A DNA stretch of 64,000 nucleotides, taken from positions 1,569-65,568 of the forward strand of contig NZ_DATCSD010000313.1 in the NCBI RefSeq assembly GCF_036568665.1. Reading direction: 5' to 3'. The DNA comes from Ohtaekwangia sp. GTDB lineage: Bacteria; Bacteroidota; Bacteroidia; Cytophagales; Cyclobacteriaceae. The translations under genes were made by a program, and so were the position numbers. Below are positions 10,001 through 18,207 of this stretch, piece after piece (the stretch's first letter is position 1; each line of letters begins with the position of its first letter). Under the pieces are notes generated by a model, which was not told where the DNA came from, did not search any database, and was given only the letters and a program-made list of their open reading frames with translations.

Positions 10001-12892
10001 TATATTGTCGCCATTGGTGCGCAGGTAGCCGCTGCCACTATTCACAATAGTAGTTGTCCCTCCAAAAACATTGGCTCCTGTACCTATATTGGCAGTGGCT
10101 CCGGTTTTCTCCAGGTAAGCTGCTCCATTATAAGAAGCACCATCCAGGTATAATTGTGGCGATCTAAAATCAACATTGCCATTGAATGTACTGGTTGGTC
10201 CTACACGCAGCAGGGCTGTTCCTGTAAGAGCAAGTGTCTGGGCTGTATTGCCTACTTGTGTGAAGCGACTCAGACGCAATTCACCGGAAGAGAAACCACC
10301 TGCTCCCACGGCTATCGTATAACCATCCGAAAGTGTTGCCGTAGCACCGTTGGTCTCTGCAAAATATATAGCCGTACCGGTAGTGTTACTTACCGATACA
10401 TTTCCACTAAAGGTAGTGCTGCCTGCATAAGCCATGCGTATACTGGACGTACCGTTGTTGATCAATGTAAGATCACTATTGTAAACACTGCCTGAAGTAT
10501 ACTCAAGAAGAATCTGGTTACCGGTACTCAGCAACGTAGCAGGTCCGTTAAAAGTGTTGCTTCCATTGGTATACAGAAAAGAAGAACCGCTGTTTACAAT
10601 AGTAGTGTTTCCTGAAAATATATTTCCGCCAAGTCCGGTGTTACCATTGGCGCCTGTTTTCTCCAGGTAGTTTGTAGTACCGTTGTAAGTAGCTCCATCC
10701 AGGAGAAGTTGTGGTGCTTTAAAATTTACATCGCCACCGAAAGTAGTACTCGAGCCTACACGTAATATCGATGAAGCTCCTCCTAAGGCAAGCGTTGATG
10801 CGGCTGTTCCCAGCTGAGTAAATCTGCGGAATCGTAATTCACCCGAAGTAAAACCTGTGGCTCCTATGGAAACACTTTTACCCGCGGCCAGCACAGAACT
10901 CCCGGCTGTGTTATTGGAGAAGTATATACCTGTGCCAGAAGAAGCATTCAGAATTATATTGCCATTGAAATTATTCGGACCCGAATTGTGTGCAAGGTAA
11001 ATCAGGTTCGATCCTGAATTGGTTACCGTAAGATCACCACTGAATGTATCAGCCGTTGTATTCGCCAACAGAAAATAACCCGAGCCTGAATTAACGATGG
11101 TCGCAGTGCCGCTAAACGTATTGCCGCCATTGCTGGCATCATCAGTTGCTCCGGTCTTTTCAATATAGGCCGATCCGCCATAGGTACATCCATGTAATCG
11201 AACACGAGGCGAAGCAAATGTTACATCGCCTCCTATCGATGAGCCGGGACCAATCTGTAGTATAGCATTGCCGGTAAAGGTAAGCGACACCGGTGTAGTT
11301 CCGTTTTGTGTAAAGTTTGAAAGCTGGAATGTTCCGGCAGAAAATCCGGCAGCACCAACAGTTATAGTATAGCCCGGCATCATCGTAACAGTTCCGGTTC
11401 CTGCAGCCATATCTATACCTGCAGATGTAGTACTGTTGATCGTTACATTGTTATTGAAAATAACATCGCCTAAGTTACCAACAAAGAACTCACCGTTATT
11501 CGAAGAGCTGGAAGTAAAAATTACCGGGCCGTTAAAAGTTGTCAGTGTACCTGCGTCGTAGCTGATGTGTACATCACTGGTGTTACCATCACTGGTAAAA
11601 GAGGTGGTCCCGTTAAAGGTTACTGAAGAACCTGTGAGTCGCGATACCTGCACGCGGTTGGCATCTACCGTAGGATCACCCGAACTATAGAATGTAGCAT
11701 TCGCATTGAAGACGGTTCCGGCAGAGCTTTGCCCTACACGAATACGACCACCGCCCAATGCATGAAAGGTAGCATCCGCCTGGAATGTATCGCCTGCATC
11801 GGCACTGTTCGAGCCGAGCACAAGATCAGCATCACCCGTGTTTGTGAAGTCCGTTACACCCATGAAGAGATTTCCTCCACGTGAATTACCCGTATTGCTG
11901 TCGCTGGTTTGTGTAAAGGTTCCGGTGTTGTTAAAGGTACTGCTGTTAAAAATCAGCACCGGAGAAGAAGTTGTTAACGCACCATTGAAGACAGAAGAGG
12001 GTCCTAACGTAAGTGTAGCCGTACCGTTGCCTGCCAGTATAAGCGACTGACTTGTACCGCCTGCCTGCGTAAAGCTCGATAATTGTAAATTACCACATCC
12101 CGAAGCACCATAACTCGCTACACTGATGGTTTGCCCTGCGGCCAGTGTTGAAGAACCTCCGTTATACCCGAAGATCACCGAGCCGGTAGAGTTATAGTTA
12201 ATCGAAACAGAACCGTTGAGTATATTTCCTGCAGAAGCCCGCGCGATCATGATAGCAGCGGTACTGTTGCTATTGATCGTTACAGCACCATTGAAAGTAT
12301 CAGGAGATGTTCCTCCTAATTGCAACTGGCCCGAGCCTGTGTTGGTAAGAGTAACTGCACCGCCAAATGTATTTCCACCGGTACCATTATCATTGGTAGC
12401 ACCGCTTTTCGTAATGTCTATATCTGCTGTAAAAACTGATCCGCTGAACAGCACACGGCCTGAACTACCATTAACCGTAGCAGTAAATTGTGTTCCCTGA
12501 AAGGTTGTAAGACCGGCCGTGTTCAACGTTAGCGAACCGGTAGCCCCCGAGTTGGAAACTGTACCAACTGCAAAGTTATTGGTACCCGTGGTGGTGAGTA
12601 TATTTCCATTGAGATCAATTGTGCCGGTATAATTTGTAATCATCGACATGCCGCCAACGGTCGGGCTAATGTCCAGCACGCAGGTTCCGGTTCTTCCTCC
12701 CGCACCATCAAAGATGGCTACATTTCCGCTGCCGGGTACAGATGCTCCCCCGGTTCCTCCGGAGGCCGTTGACCAGTTTGCAGAATTGTTCCAGTTAGAC
12801 GATACGGTTGATATCCAATAGCGATTTTGAGCTATCCCTTGATAGGAAATGAATAGCGCGGCCATTACAGCCAGGAGGTAAATTTTTTTCAT
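7079..12892 (-). CDS. T9SS type-A CTD cargo; large Gly/Thr/Ser/Asn-rich repetitive (probably beta-helical) surface protein, 1937 aa
   Basis: Signal peptide, seven xxxFTQxG-marked modules, then PLPITLEKF...LYPNP...LPAGVYLVK...RFVKK, the type-A CTD signature. Confidence 0.85.
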   Translation of the reverse strand: MKKIYLLAVMAALFISYQGIAQNRYWISTVSSNWNNSANWSTASGGTGGASVPGSGNVAIFDGAGGRTGTCVLDISPTVGGMSMITNYTGTIDLNGNILTTTGTNNFAVGTVSNSGATGSLTLNTAGLTTFQGTQFTATVNGSSGRVLFSGSVFTADIDITKSGATNDNGTGGNTFGGAVTLTNTGSGQLQLGGTSPDTFNGAVTINSNSTAAIMIARASAGNILNGSVSINYNSTGSVIFGYNGGSSTLAAGQTISVASYGASGCGNLQLSSFTQAGGTSQSLILAGNGTATLTLGPSSVFNGALTTSSPVLIFNSSTFNNTGTFTQTSDSNTGNSRGGNLFMGVTDFTNTGDADLVLGSNSADAGDTFQADATFHALGGGRIRVGQSSAGTVFNANATFYSSGDPTVDANRVQVSRLTGSSVTFNGTTSFTSDGNTSDVHISYDAGTLTTFNGPVIFTSSSSNNGEFFVGNLGDVIFNNNVTINSTTSAGIDMAAGTGTVTMMPGYTITVGAAGFSAGTFQLSNFTQNGTTPVSLTFTGNAILQIGPGSSIGGDVTFASPRVRLHGCTYGGSAYIEKTGATDDASNGGNTFSGTATIVNSGSGYFLLANTTADTFSGDLTVTNSGSNLIYLAHNSGPNNFNGNIILNASSGTGIYFSNNTAGSSVLAAGKSVSIGATGFTSGELRFRRFTQLGTAASTLALGGASSILRVGSSTTFGGDVNFKAPQLLLDGATYNGTTNYLEKTGANGNTGLGGNIFSGNTTIVNSGSSFLYTNGSNTFNGPATLLSTGNQILLEYTSGSVYNSDLTLINNGTSSIRMAYAGSTTFSGNVSVSNTTGTAIYFAETNGATATLSDGYTIAVGAGGFSSGELRLSRFTQVGNTAQTLALTGTALLRVGPTSTFNGNVDFRSPQLYLDGASYNGAAYLEKTGATANIGTGANVFGGTTTIVNSGSGYLRTNGDNIFNGVTSIINSGSADILLERYSGGTYNNDVTFTNTGSSSIRIGYLGTNTFGGNIVVNSTGGTGIFFCESTGTATLADTKTISVGSSGLTTGRLSLIHFTQLGTTPQSLTLTGTSSLYLGPTSTFNGNVNFKAPRLFLNGCTYNGVTLLEKTGATNDDSNGSNIFNGVTTLTNSGSGWLRSGVTTLDSFNNDLTLNNNSTASYILLSDNVAGTVYNGNITVNATSGSGVYFGSNGGTSTLAAGKTIAIGASGFTSGELRLARFTQTGSTAQTLNVASILRVGPASSFDGNVDFKGSQLYLDGCSYNGATTLLEKYGATNNTGLGNNTFGGSAIITNSSSAQLYTNGNNTFNGTATLISSGSSTILLELLSASTYNGDVTLTNTGTGYIRSAFSGSNAFNGNIAVNSTSGTGVYFCENTSGSATLASGKTISVGATGFTTGTLWMQRFTQAGSTAQNVILTGSALLQLGPTVQFNGDVTATSPQVLLNGATFNGAATVQKNGVTTNTSSGGNTFNGTTVLINNSTAQWLLANGTGDTYNGAVTFSKLSSGAFLPAYNQTNNFAGDITINSTTTLTLGGGTGIIQTTGSNAQAISKTAGSVTPVFQRLVMNKTSNTVTLNTDISIGASATFTSGILNSSSTALLLFPAGTSVSGANNNSYVNGPVRKTGTTAFTFPVGAGNYYRPISIAAPAASSQFTAQYFLTGQTYGGKATWDPSFYTVSGCEYWILDRAAGGSNVVVTLSWNENACGGAGYITNLADLRVARWNGTGWVSHGNGGASGSTSNGTIPTSAAVTSFSPFTLASTAPTNPLPITLEKFWAQDNGATALVNWIVDTEINNDYFTLERSSTGLDFEYITTIDGAGNSTIRKTYNFVDEEPYPGLSYYRLTQTDFDGKSASWITSLTRKGTADPAFTLYPNPVGNETLYFNQKANVVIISSLDVIVMKADGVKNVDVSKLPAGVYLVKNQKGQVARFVKK

Positions 12893-13105
12893 GGTTTTGG
12901 GCTCCCAGGAATTTTATGCCAATATATAACGAATTGGTACGAGTGGTAACATATATGTTTAAATTATCACTTCTAGCATGGTAATGGCGATTAAATTCCA
13001 CGTATTACGTGAGACATATTCCAGCGTGTTACTGCGTTTAGGCTATACGTTGGAATCAAATCTCTAAAAGAGACAATCAATTCCCCGGCATATTTCGGAT
13101 CTTAT

Positions 13106-13113
13106 TACCTTTG
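13106..13113 (+). promoter_or_regulatory. Bacteroidota housekeeping -7 box for rnpB
   Basis: TACCTTTG matches TAnnTTTG, about 4 nt upstream of the predicted RNase P RNA 5' end. Confidence 0.7.
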
Positions 13114-13116
13114 CAT

Positions 13117-13507
13117 CAGCAAGCCGCCTTATCGCTCTCGCAAGAGGGAGGAAAGTCCGGGCAACACAGGGCAGCGTACTTCCTAACAGGAAGGTCTTGT
13201 TGAGTTATATCAGCGGGAACAGACAGTGCCACAGAAAACAAACTACCTGATCCCGACTTGTCGGGATTGGGAAAAGGTGAAAAGGTGAGGTAAGAGCTCA
13301 CCGCTCTGATGGTGACATGAGAGGCATGGTAAACCTTACGCGTTGAAAGGTCAAATAGGCTTCGGTTGGAGCGGCTCGTTCCATATATCAGCAATGATAT
13401 ATACCGAAGCGGGTAGACTGATTGATTCCGGCTGTGAGGCCAGGAACAGATAAATGATAAGGACTCCCGCTCTGCGGGATGACAGAACCCGGCTTATAAG
13501 CTTGTTA
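13117..13507 (+). ncRNA. rnpB: RNase P RNA (bacterial type A)
   Basis: Conserved blocks GAGGAAAGTCCGGGC, AGTGCCACAGAAAAC, GGTGAAAAGGTG, GGTAAACC, CAAATAGG, AGATAAATGAT, ACAGAACCCGGCTTA. The 5' AGCAAGC pairs with the 3' GCTTGTT. Confidence 0.96.
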
Positions 13508-13611
13508 TTTTTAAACCTGCTTCGCGAATGCCCAGCAGGTTTATTTATTTTAGCACACTGGCTTCAACGGTTAATCGCTATCCGGTAATCGTTAAGCTTA
13601 ACCAAAAATCT

Positions 13612-14763
13612 ATGGCAAAAATTCTCATCATCGAAGACGACAACAAGATCCGCGCAATACTGAAAGAGATTCTGGAAGAAAAAGAACACGATGTTCAGGA
13701 AGCAGCAGACGGACAGGAAGGATTTAAAAAACTGGAACAAGGTAATTTTGATCTTTGCATCTGCGATATAAAAATGCCCAAGATGGATGGCCTCGAAGTT
13801 TTAGAGAAAGCCAAAGAAGCCGGTATATCTTCCAACTTCATTATTATATCGGCACACGGTACGATCGATGTAGCGGTGGAAGCGGTGAAAAAAGGTGCGT
13901 TCGATTTTCTGCAAAAACCTTTTGACCTCGGGCGCCTGGAGATAACGTTGCGAAATGCACTCGATAAATCCAGCCTTGTTAAAGAGACCAAGACGTTAAA
14001 GAAAAAGATATCGAAGAAATTCGACATGATCGGTGAGTCTGCTCCTATACTTGAAGTAAAGGAGATGATCGAAAAGGTAGCGCCTACCGATGCACGTGTG
14101 TTGGTGAATGGCCCTAACGGTTCGGGGAAAGAATTAGTGGCGAGATGGATACACGAGAAGAGCAAGCGCGCAGACGGACCATTGATCGAAGTAAACTGCG
14201 CAGCAATACCATCGGAATTAATCGAGAGTGAATTGTTCGGACACGAGAAAGGTTCATTTACTTCGGCTATCAAACAACGCCTGGGTAAATTTGAATTGGC
14301 GGAGAATGGCACGTTATTTCTCGATGAGATAGGCGACATGAGTTTATCGGCACAAGCCAAAGTATTACGCGCACTGCAAGAGAGTAAAATATCGCGCGTG
14401 GGTGGCGATAAGGAGATCACGGTAAATGTACGTGTAGTAGCAGCTACTAATAAAGATTTGCGAAAGGAAATTGAAGAGAATCGTTTTCGCGAAGATTTGT
14501 ACCATCGCCTCAGTGTAATTGTTATTAAAGTACCAGCTCTCAACGACCGGAAGGAAGATATACCCTTACTGGTTGATAAATTTCTGCAGGATATAGCGGA
14601 TGAATACGGAGCGAAAAAGAAATCGATCAACGCAAAGGCTATTACACAATTAAAGGAACACAACTGGACGGGTAACATACGCGAACTGCGCAACGTGGTG
14701 GAGCGACTGGTAATTATGAGTGGTGACGAGATTTCGCAGGAGGACGTTAAAAAATATATTTAG
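13612..14763 (+). CDS. Sigma-54-type (NtrC-like) response regulator: receiver plus AAA+, no C-terminal HTH
   Basis: KILIIEDD...DIKMP receiver; GPNGSGKE Walker A; ESELFGHEKGSFTSA; LFLDEIGDM; RVVAATN; FREDLYHRL; WTGNIRELRN. Likely start ATG 13612 rather than 13528. Confidence 0.9.
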   Translation: MAKILIIEDDNKIRAILKEILEEKEHDVQEAADGQEGFKKLEQGNFDLCICDIKMPKMDGLEVLEKAKEAGISSNFIIISAHGTIDVAVEAVKKGAFDFLQKPFDLGRLEITLRNALDKSSLVKETKTLKKKISKKFDMIGESAPILEVKEMIEKVAPTDARVLVNGPNGSGKELVARWIHEKSKRADGPLIEVNCAAIPSELIESELFGHEKGSFTSAIKQRLGKFELAENGTLFLDEIGDMSLSAQAKVLRALQESKISRVGGDKEITVNVRVVAATNKDLRKEIEENRFREDLYHRLSVIVIKVPALNDRKEDIPLLVDKFLQDIADEYGAKKKSINAKAITQLKEHNWTGNIRELRNVVERLVIMSGDEISQEDVKKYI

Positions 14764-14807
14764 CCTCTGCACGTCTATACTACCGGATCAGTTCACCAGC
14801 ATTCTTT

Positions 14808-15692
14808 ATGAGCACAATCAAAAAGATCGCTTTTATTGGAGCTACCGGTATGATAGGCAAGCCAGTAGCCCTTGCGTTGCACCGGGCCGGTTATGAAATT
14901 ACCGTGCTAGCTCGCGACAGCACCAAAGCCCGCACTATATTTCCCGAAGATATTCATATTCAGCAGGGCGACATAAAGCATATAGCCGATCTGCAAAAAC
15001 TCTTTAAAGGTCAGGATGCGATCTATATAAATCTGAACCTTAACCTGAATGATGGCGCAGGCGCGTGGCATTCTGAACGCGAAGGGTTGGATAATATACT
15101 TGCTGCGGCAAAAGAATTCTCTATAAAACGTATAGCCATGACCAGCTCGGTAGTTAAAAATTACCAGGGCATGAATGGATTTAAATGGTGGGTATTCGAT
15201 CTGAAACAACAGGCTATCGAAAAGATCAAAGCATCGGGTATACCTTATACCATCTTTTACCCTTCTACATTTATGGAAAACTTCATAAGCACGTATCGAA
15301 GAGGTAACAAGATTTTACTGGCTGGCACTTCGCATCACAAAATGTATTTCATTGCTGGCAGTGATTTCGGTAAACAGGTTGGTCGCGCACTTGAATTACC
15401 GGAGACTGAAAACAAAGAATATATCATACAAGGCCCAGAAGGTTTTACGGCCGATGAAGCTGCTGAAGTGTTCATCAAACATGCTCCGGATACTACACTG
15501 AAAATATCACGGGCTCCGCTGGGACTATTAAAATTTATAGGCATGTTCAGCAACTCCGTGAACTATGGTCACAAAATTATCTATGCGCTGAATAATTACC
15601 CGGAGAAATTTGAGAGTACAGAGACGTGGAATCTGCTCGGTAAACCAACTGTAACGCTAACTGACTACGCCAAATCCGGAGGAAGTATATAA
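14808..15692 (+). CDS. NmrA-like NAD(P)-binding atypical SDR protein
   Basis: IAFIGATGMIG Rossmann motif; GIPYTIFYPSTFMEN. Confidence 0.8.
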   Translation: MSTIKKIAFIGATGMIGKPVALALHRAGYEITVLARDSTKARTIFPEDIHIQQGDIKHIADLQKLFKGQDAIYINLNLNLNDGAGAWHSEREGLDNILAAAKEFSIKRIAMTSSVVKNYQGMNGFKWWVFDLKQQAIEKIKASGIPYTIFYPSTFMENFISTYRRGNKILLAGTSHHKMYFIAGSDFGKQVGRALELPETENKEYIIQGPEGFTADEAAEVFIKHAPDTTLKISRAPLGLLKFIGMFSNSVNYGHKIIYALNNYPEKFESTETWNLLGKPTVTLTDYAKSGGSI

Positions 15693-15706
15693 ATTAAATT
15701 ATATAG

Positions 15707-16771
15707 CTATAGTCCGGTAAGATCCCACGGCAATGATGCATCGTAGCGAATCTCTCCTTTTGTTACCTTGAGTGGCGAAGGTATATTATCTTCATATATA
15801 GCACCTGTGCCTAAGCCCTGCGGTATAGCGATAGCATATTCTGCTGTGAATTGACAGATCGCATTCAAACCTATACTTGACTCGAGCGCAGAAGTTATCC
15901 ACCAACCTATACCAGCCTGCTCCGCCATACTGATCCACTCGCGACAACCCTGCAGTCCGCCATGTAGTGTTGGTTTAAGAATAATATAGGGCGGGTTCAT
16001 TTGCTTTAGTAATGCACTGCGTGCGTCACCTTCTATACCGATCAGCTCTTCATCGAAAGCTATAGGTATGGGAGACTTGCGACACAGTTCTTCCATCTCG
16101 GGCTGTCCTTGCTTTATAGGCTGTTCGATGGAGTGGATCTTGAAGCGCGAAAGCTCTGTGAGCTTAAACAACACTTCCTCTATTTTAAAAGCTCCGTTGG
16201 CGTCTAGCCGTATCGTGAGTTGCTCGCGATAGAAGCGCTTGCGGATATAGTCAAGCACATCCATCTCCTTATCAAAATTCAGTCCGCCCACCTTCAGTTT
16301 TATACAGGTAAATCCCTGCGCAACTTTTTCGCTGATCTGGTGCAGCATAAAATCCAGATCGCCCATCCAGATAAGACCGTTGATAGGTATAGATTTACCC
16401 TGCACAAATTCATTATTGAAGATCACACGCTTGCCTCCGTTTTGCAGATCAAGCAAAGCAGTCTCCAGTCCAAAGATGATAGAAGGAAAACCGGATGGTA
16501 CAATGTGTTGGAGTGTTGAGGTGTTGAGGTGTTGAAGTGAGTAGGATGCCAGTTTATTCAATACATCCTGAAGAACTTGTTCGAAGTCGGGGCGGTCATC
16601 TATACTGAGGCCGGGGAGTGGGCCGCATTCGCCCATACCTTTTATAGCCGGGTTGGCATCATCCCATAGCGTAATGAACCACGAGATCTTATCACGCATC
16701 AATCCACGCGATGTCCTTGCCTTGAAATTGAACTGAAACGTTTTCTTTTGGTAGGATGCCTGCAGCGCCAT
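15707..16771 (-). CDS. menC: o-succinylbenzoate synthase-like enolase-superfamily enzyme
   Basis: GECGPLPGLS, KLKVG, RLDANGAF, SIEQP, IAFDEELIG, ILKPTLHGG, ITSALES, QGLGTG. Confidence 0.75.
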   Translation of the reverse strand: MALQASYQKKTFQFNFKARTSRGLMRDKISWFITLWDDANPAIKGMGECGPLPGLSIDDRPDFEQVLQDVLNKLASYSLQHLNTSTLQHIVPSGFPSIIFGLETALLDLQNGGKRVIFNNEFVQGKSIPINGLIWMGDLDFMLHQISEKVAQGFTCIKLKVGGLNFDKEMDVLDYIRKRFYREQLTIRLDANGAFKIEEVLFKLTELSRFKIHSIEQPIKQGQPEMEELCRKSPIPIAFDEELIGIEGDARSALLKQMNPPYIILKPTLHGGLQGCREWISMAEQAGIGWWITSALESSIGLNAICQFTAEYAIAIPQGLGTGAIYEDNIPSPLKVTKGEIRYDASLPWDLTGL

Positions 16772-16807
16772 GTTAAAATTTGAAAAACGAAAATAAGGTT
16801 TTCAGAT

Positions 16808-16815
16808 TAACTTTG
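16808..16815 (+). promoter_or_regulatory. -7 box upstream of queA
   Basis: TAACTTTG (TAnnTTTG) ends 8 nt before the queA ATG in the short divergent menC/queA gap. Confidence 0.6.
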
Positions 16816-16823
16816 AAGCGCTT

Positions 16824-18008
16824 ATGAAAGAACTGAACATAAACGATTTTACATACGACCTGCCCGCAGACCGCATTGCGCTATACCCGTTGGATAAACG
16901 CGATCAATCCAAACTGCTGGTATACCGAAAAGGCACCATCCTGCATCAACAGTTCAGTTCGCTCACAGATTTTATTCCGGCCAATGCCACACTGTTCTTT
17001 AACGATACCAAAGTAATACCGGCACGTTTACATTTTACCAAAGATACCGGTGCTACTATAGAAGTGTTTCTGTTACACCCTGTGGCTCCTTCTACGCTTT
17101 TGGTAGAAGCCATGCAGACACAGGATACCTGCACCTGGAAATGTACTATCGGAAACCTGAAGCGCTGGACGGAAGGATCATCACTCAAAAAAAATATTGA
17201 TCCTTTTACAGTAACCGCCAGCCTCCTCAATCGCGAAGAAGGCATCGTAGAGTTTCAATGGACACCTGGAGTATCTTTTGCCGAGATCATTTCACGCTCA
17301 GGCGAAACGCCACTCCCACCCTACCTGAAACGCAAAGCCGAAGCTTCTGACCGCGACCGCTATCAAACGGTATATGCACATTACGAAGGAGCCGTAGCTG
17401 CACCAACGGCCGGGCTACACTTTACCAGCAATGTATTGCAGGCATTGAAAGCAAAAGGTATAGAAACCGATTACCTCACGCTGCACGTAAGTGCCGGCAC
17501 CTTTCAACCGGTAAAGGTGCAGAACGCTGTAGAGCACCCGATGCACACCGAGCAGGTATTGGTAAGTCGCAGCAACCTGGAGAACCTGATGAAGAACCGC
17601 TTTATCATTCCGGTGGGCACAACCTCTATGCGTACACTGGAGAGTATATATTGGTTTGGCGTAAAGCTGATGACGAACCCGGATGCTGTATTCAGCATTC
17701 AGCAGAACGATCCATATATAGCCTATACTTCCCTTCCTTCTGCTATAGAATCGCTGGAACACGTACTCCGCTACCTCGACCGAAAACAGTTAGATATACT
17801 CACCGGAGAAACTTCCATATACATTATGCCCGGCTATACCTTTCGCATCTGTCGAGGCCTTGTAACAAATTTTCATCAACCCGGTTCCACCCTTATACTA
17901 CTGGTAGCCGCGCTCGTTGGCGATGACTGGAAGAGTATATATAGCGAAGCGCTCGCGAACGGCTATCGATTTTTGAGCTACGGTGATAGTTCGCTGTTGT
18001 TGCCGTGA
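16824..18008 (+). CDS. queA: S-adenosylmethionine:tRNA ribosyltransferase-isomerase
   Basis: FNDTKVIPARL, GETPLPPYLKR, YQTVYA, GAVAAPTAGLHFT, TLHVSAGTFQPV, VGTTSMRTLES, TNFHQPGSTL, YRFLSYGDS. Confidence 0.97.
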   Translation: MKELNINDFTYDLPADRIALYPLDKRDQSKLLVYRKGTILHQQFSSLTDFIPANATLFFNDTKVIPARLHFTKDTGATIEVFLLHPVAPSTLLVEAMQTQDTCTWKCTIGNLKRWTEGSSLKKNIDPFTVTASLLNREEGIVEFQWTPGVSFAEIISRSGETPLPPYLKRKAEASDRDRYQTVYAHYEGAVAAPTAGLHFTSNVLQALKAKGIETDYLTLHVSAGTFQPVKVQNAVEHPMHTEQVLVSRSNLENLMKNRFIIPVGTTSMRTLESIYWFGVKLMTNPDAVFSIQQNDPYIAYTSLPSAIESLEHVLRYLDRKQLDILTGETSIYIMPGYTFRICRGLVTNFHQPGSTLILLVAALVGDDWKSIYSEALANGYRFLSYGDSSLLLP

Positions 18009-18200
18009 GGGAGAGAATTGGAAGATTAATAAGATTGAAAGATTAGAAGATTAAACATTACAATATTGAAAGATTGAAAATTGGAAGATTCACTTCGTTG
18101 AAATAAAAAATGCCGGAGGGAAACCCCGGCATTTCAATTTTATAATCTTAAAATTTTACAATTTTATCAATCTTCTAATCTTTCAATTTTTCAATCTGCT
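18009..18200. repeat. Inverted 8-nt-period AAGATTRR arrays flanking a terminator
   Basis: Left arm AAGATTGA AAGATTAG AAGATTAA...; 18034-18052 is the exact reverse complement of 18169-18187 (19 nt). Confidence 0.8.
18104..18134. terminator. Intrinsic terminator between convergent queA and OmpA-family genes
   Basis: AAATGCCGG-a-GG GAAA CC-CCGGCATTT hairpin with a GNRA loop and an upstream A-tract (U-tail on the minus strand). Confidence 0.8.
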
Positions 18201-18207
18201 AATTCAC

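Noticed and set aside
13116-13394. 92-aa minus-strand ORF
   Set aside because: It is antisense to the RNase P RNA and has no protein-like features.
13695-14693. 332-aa minus-strand ORF
   Set aside because: It is the antisense shadow of the conserved sigma-54 activator gene.
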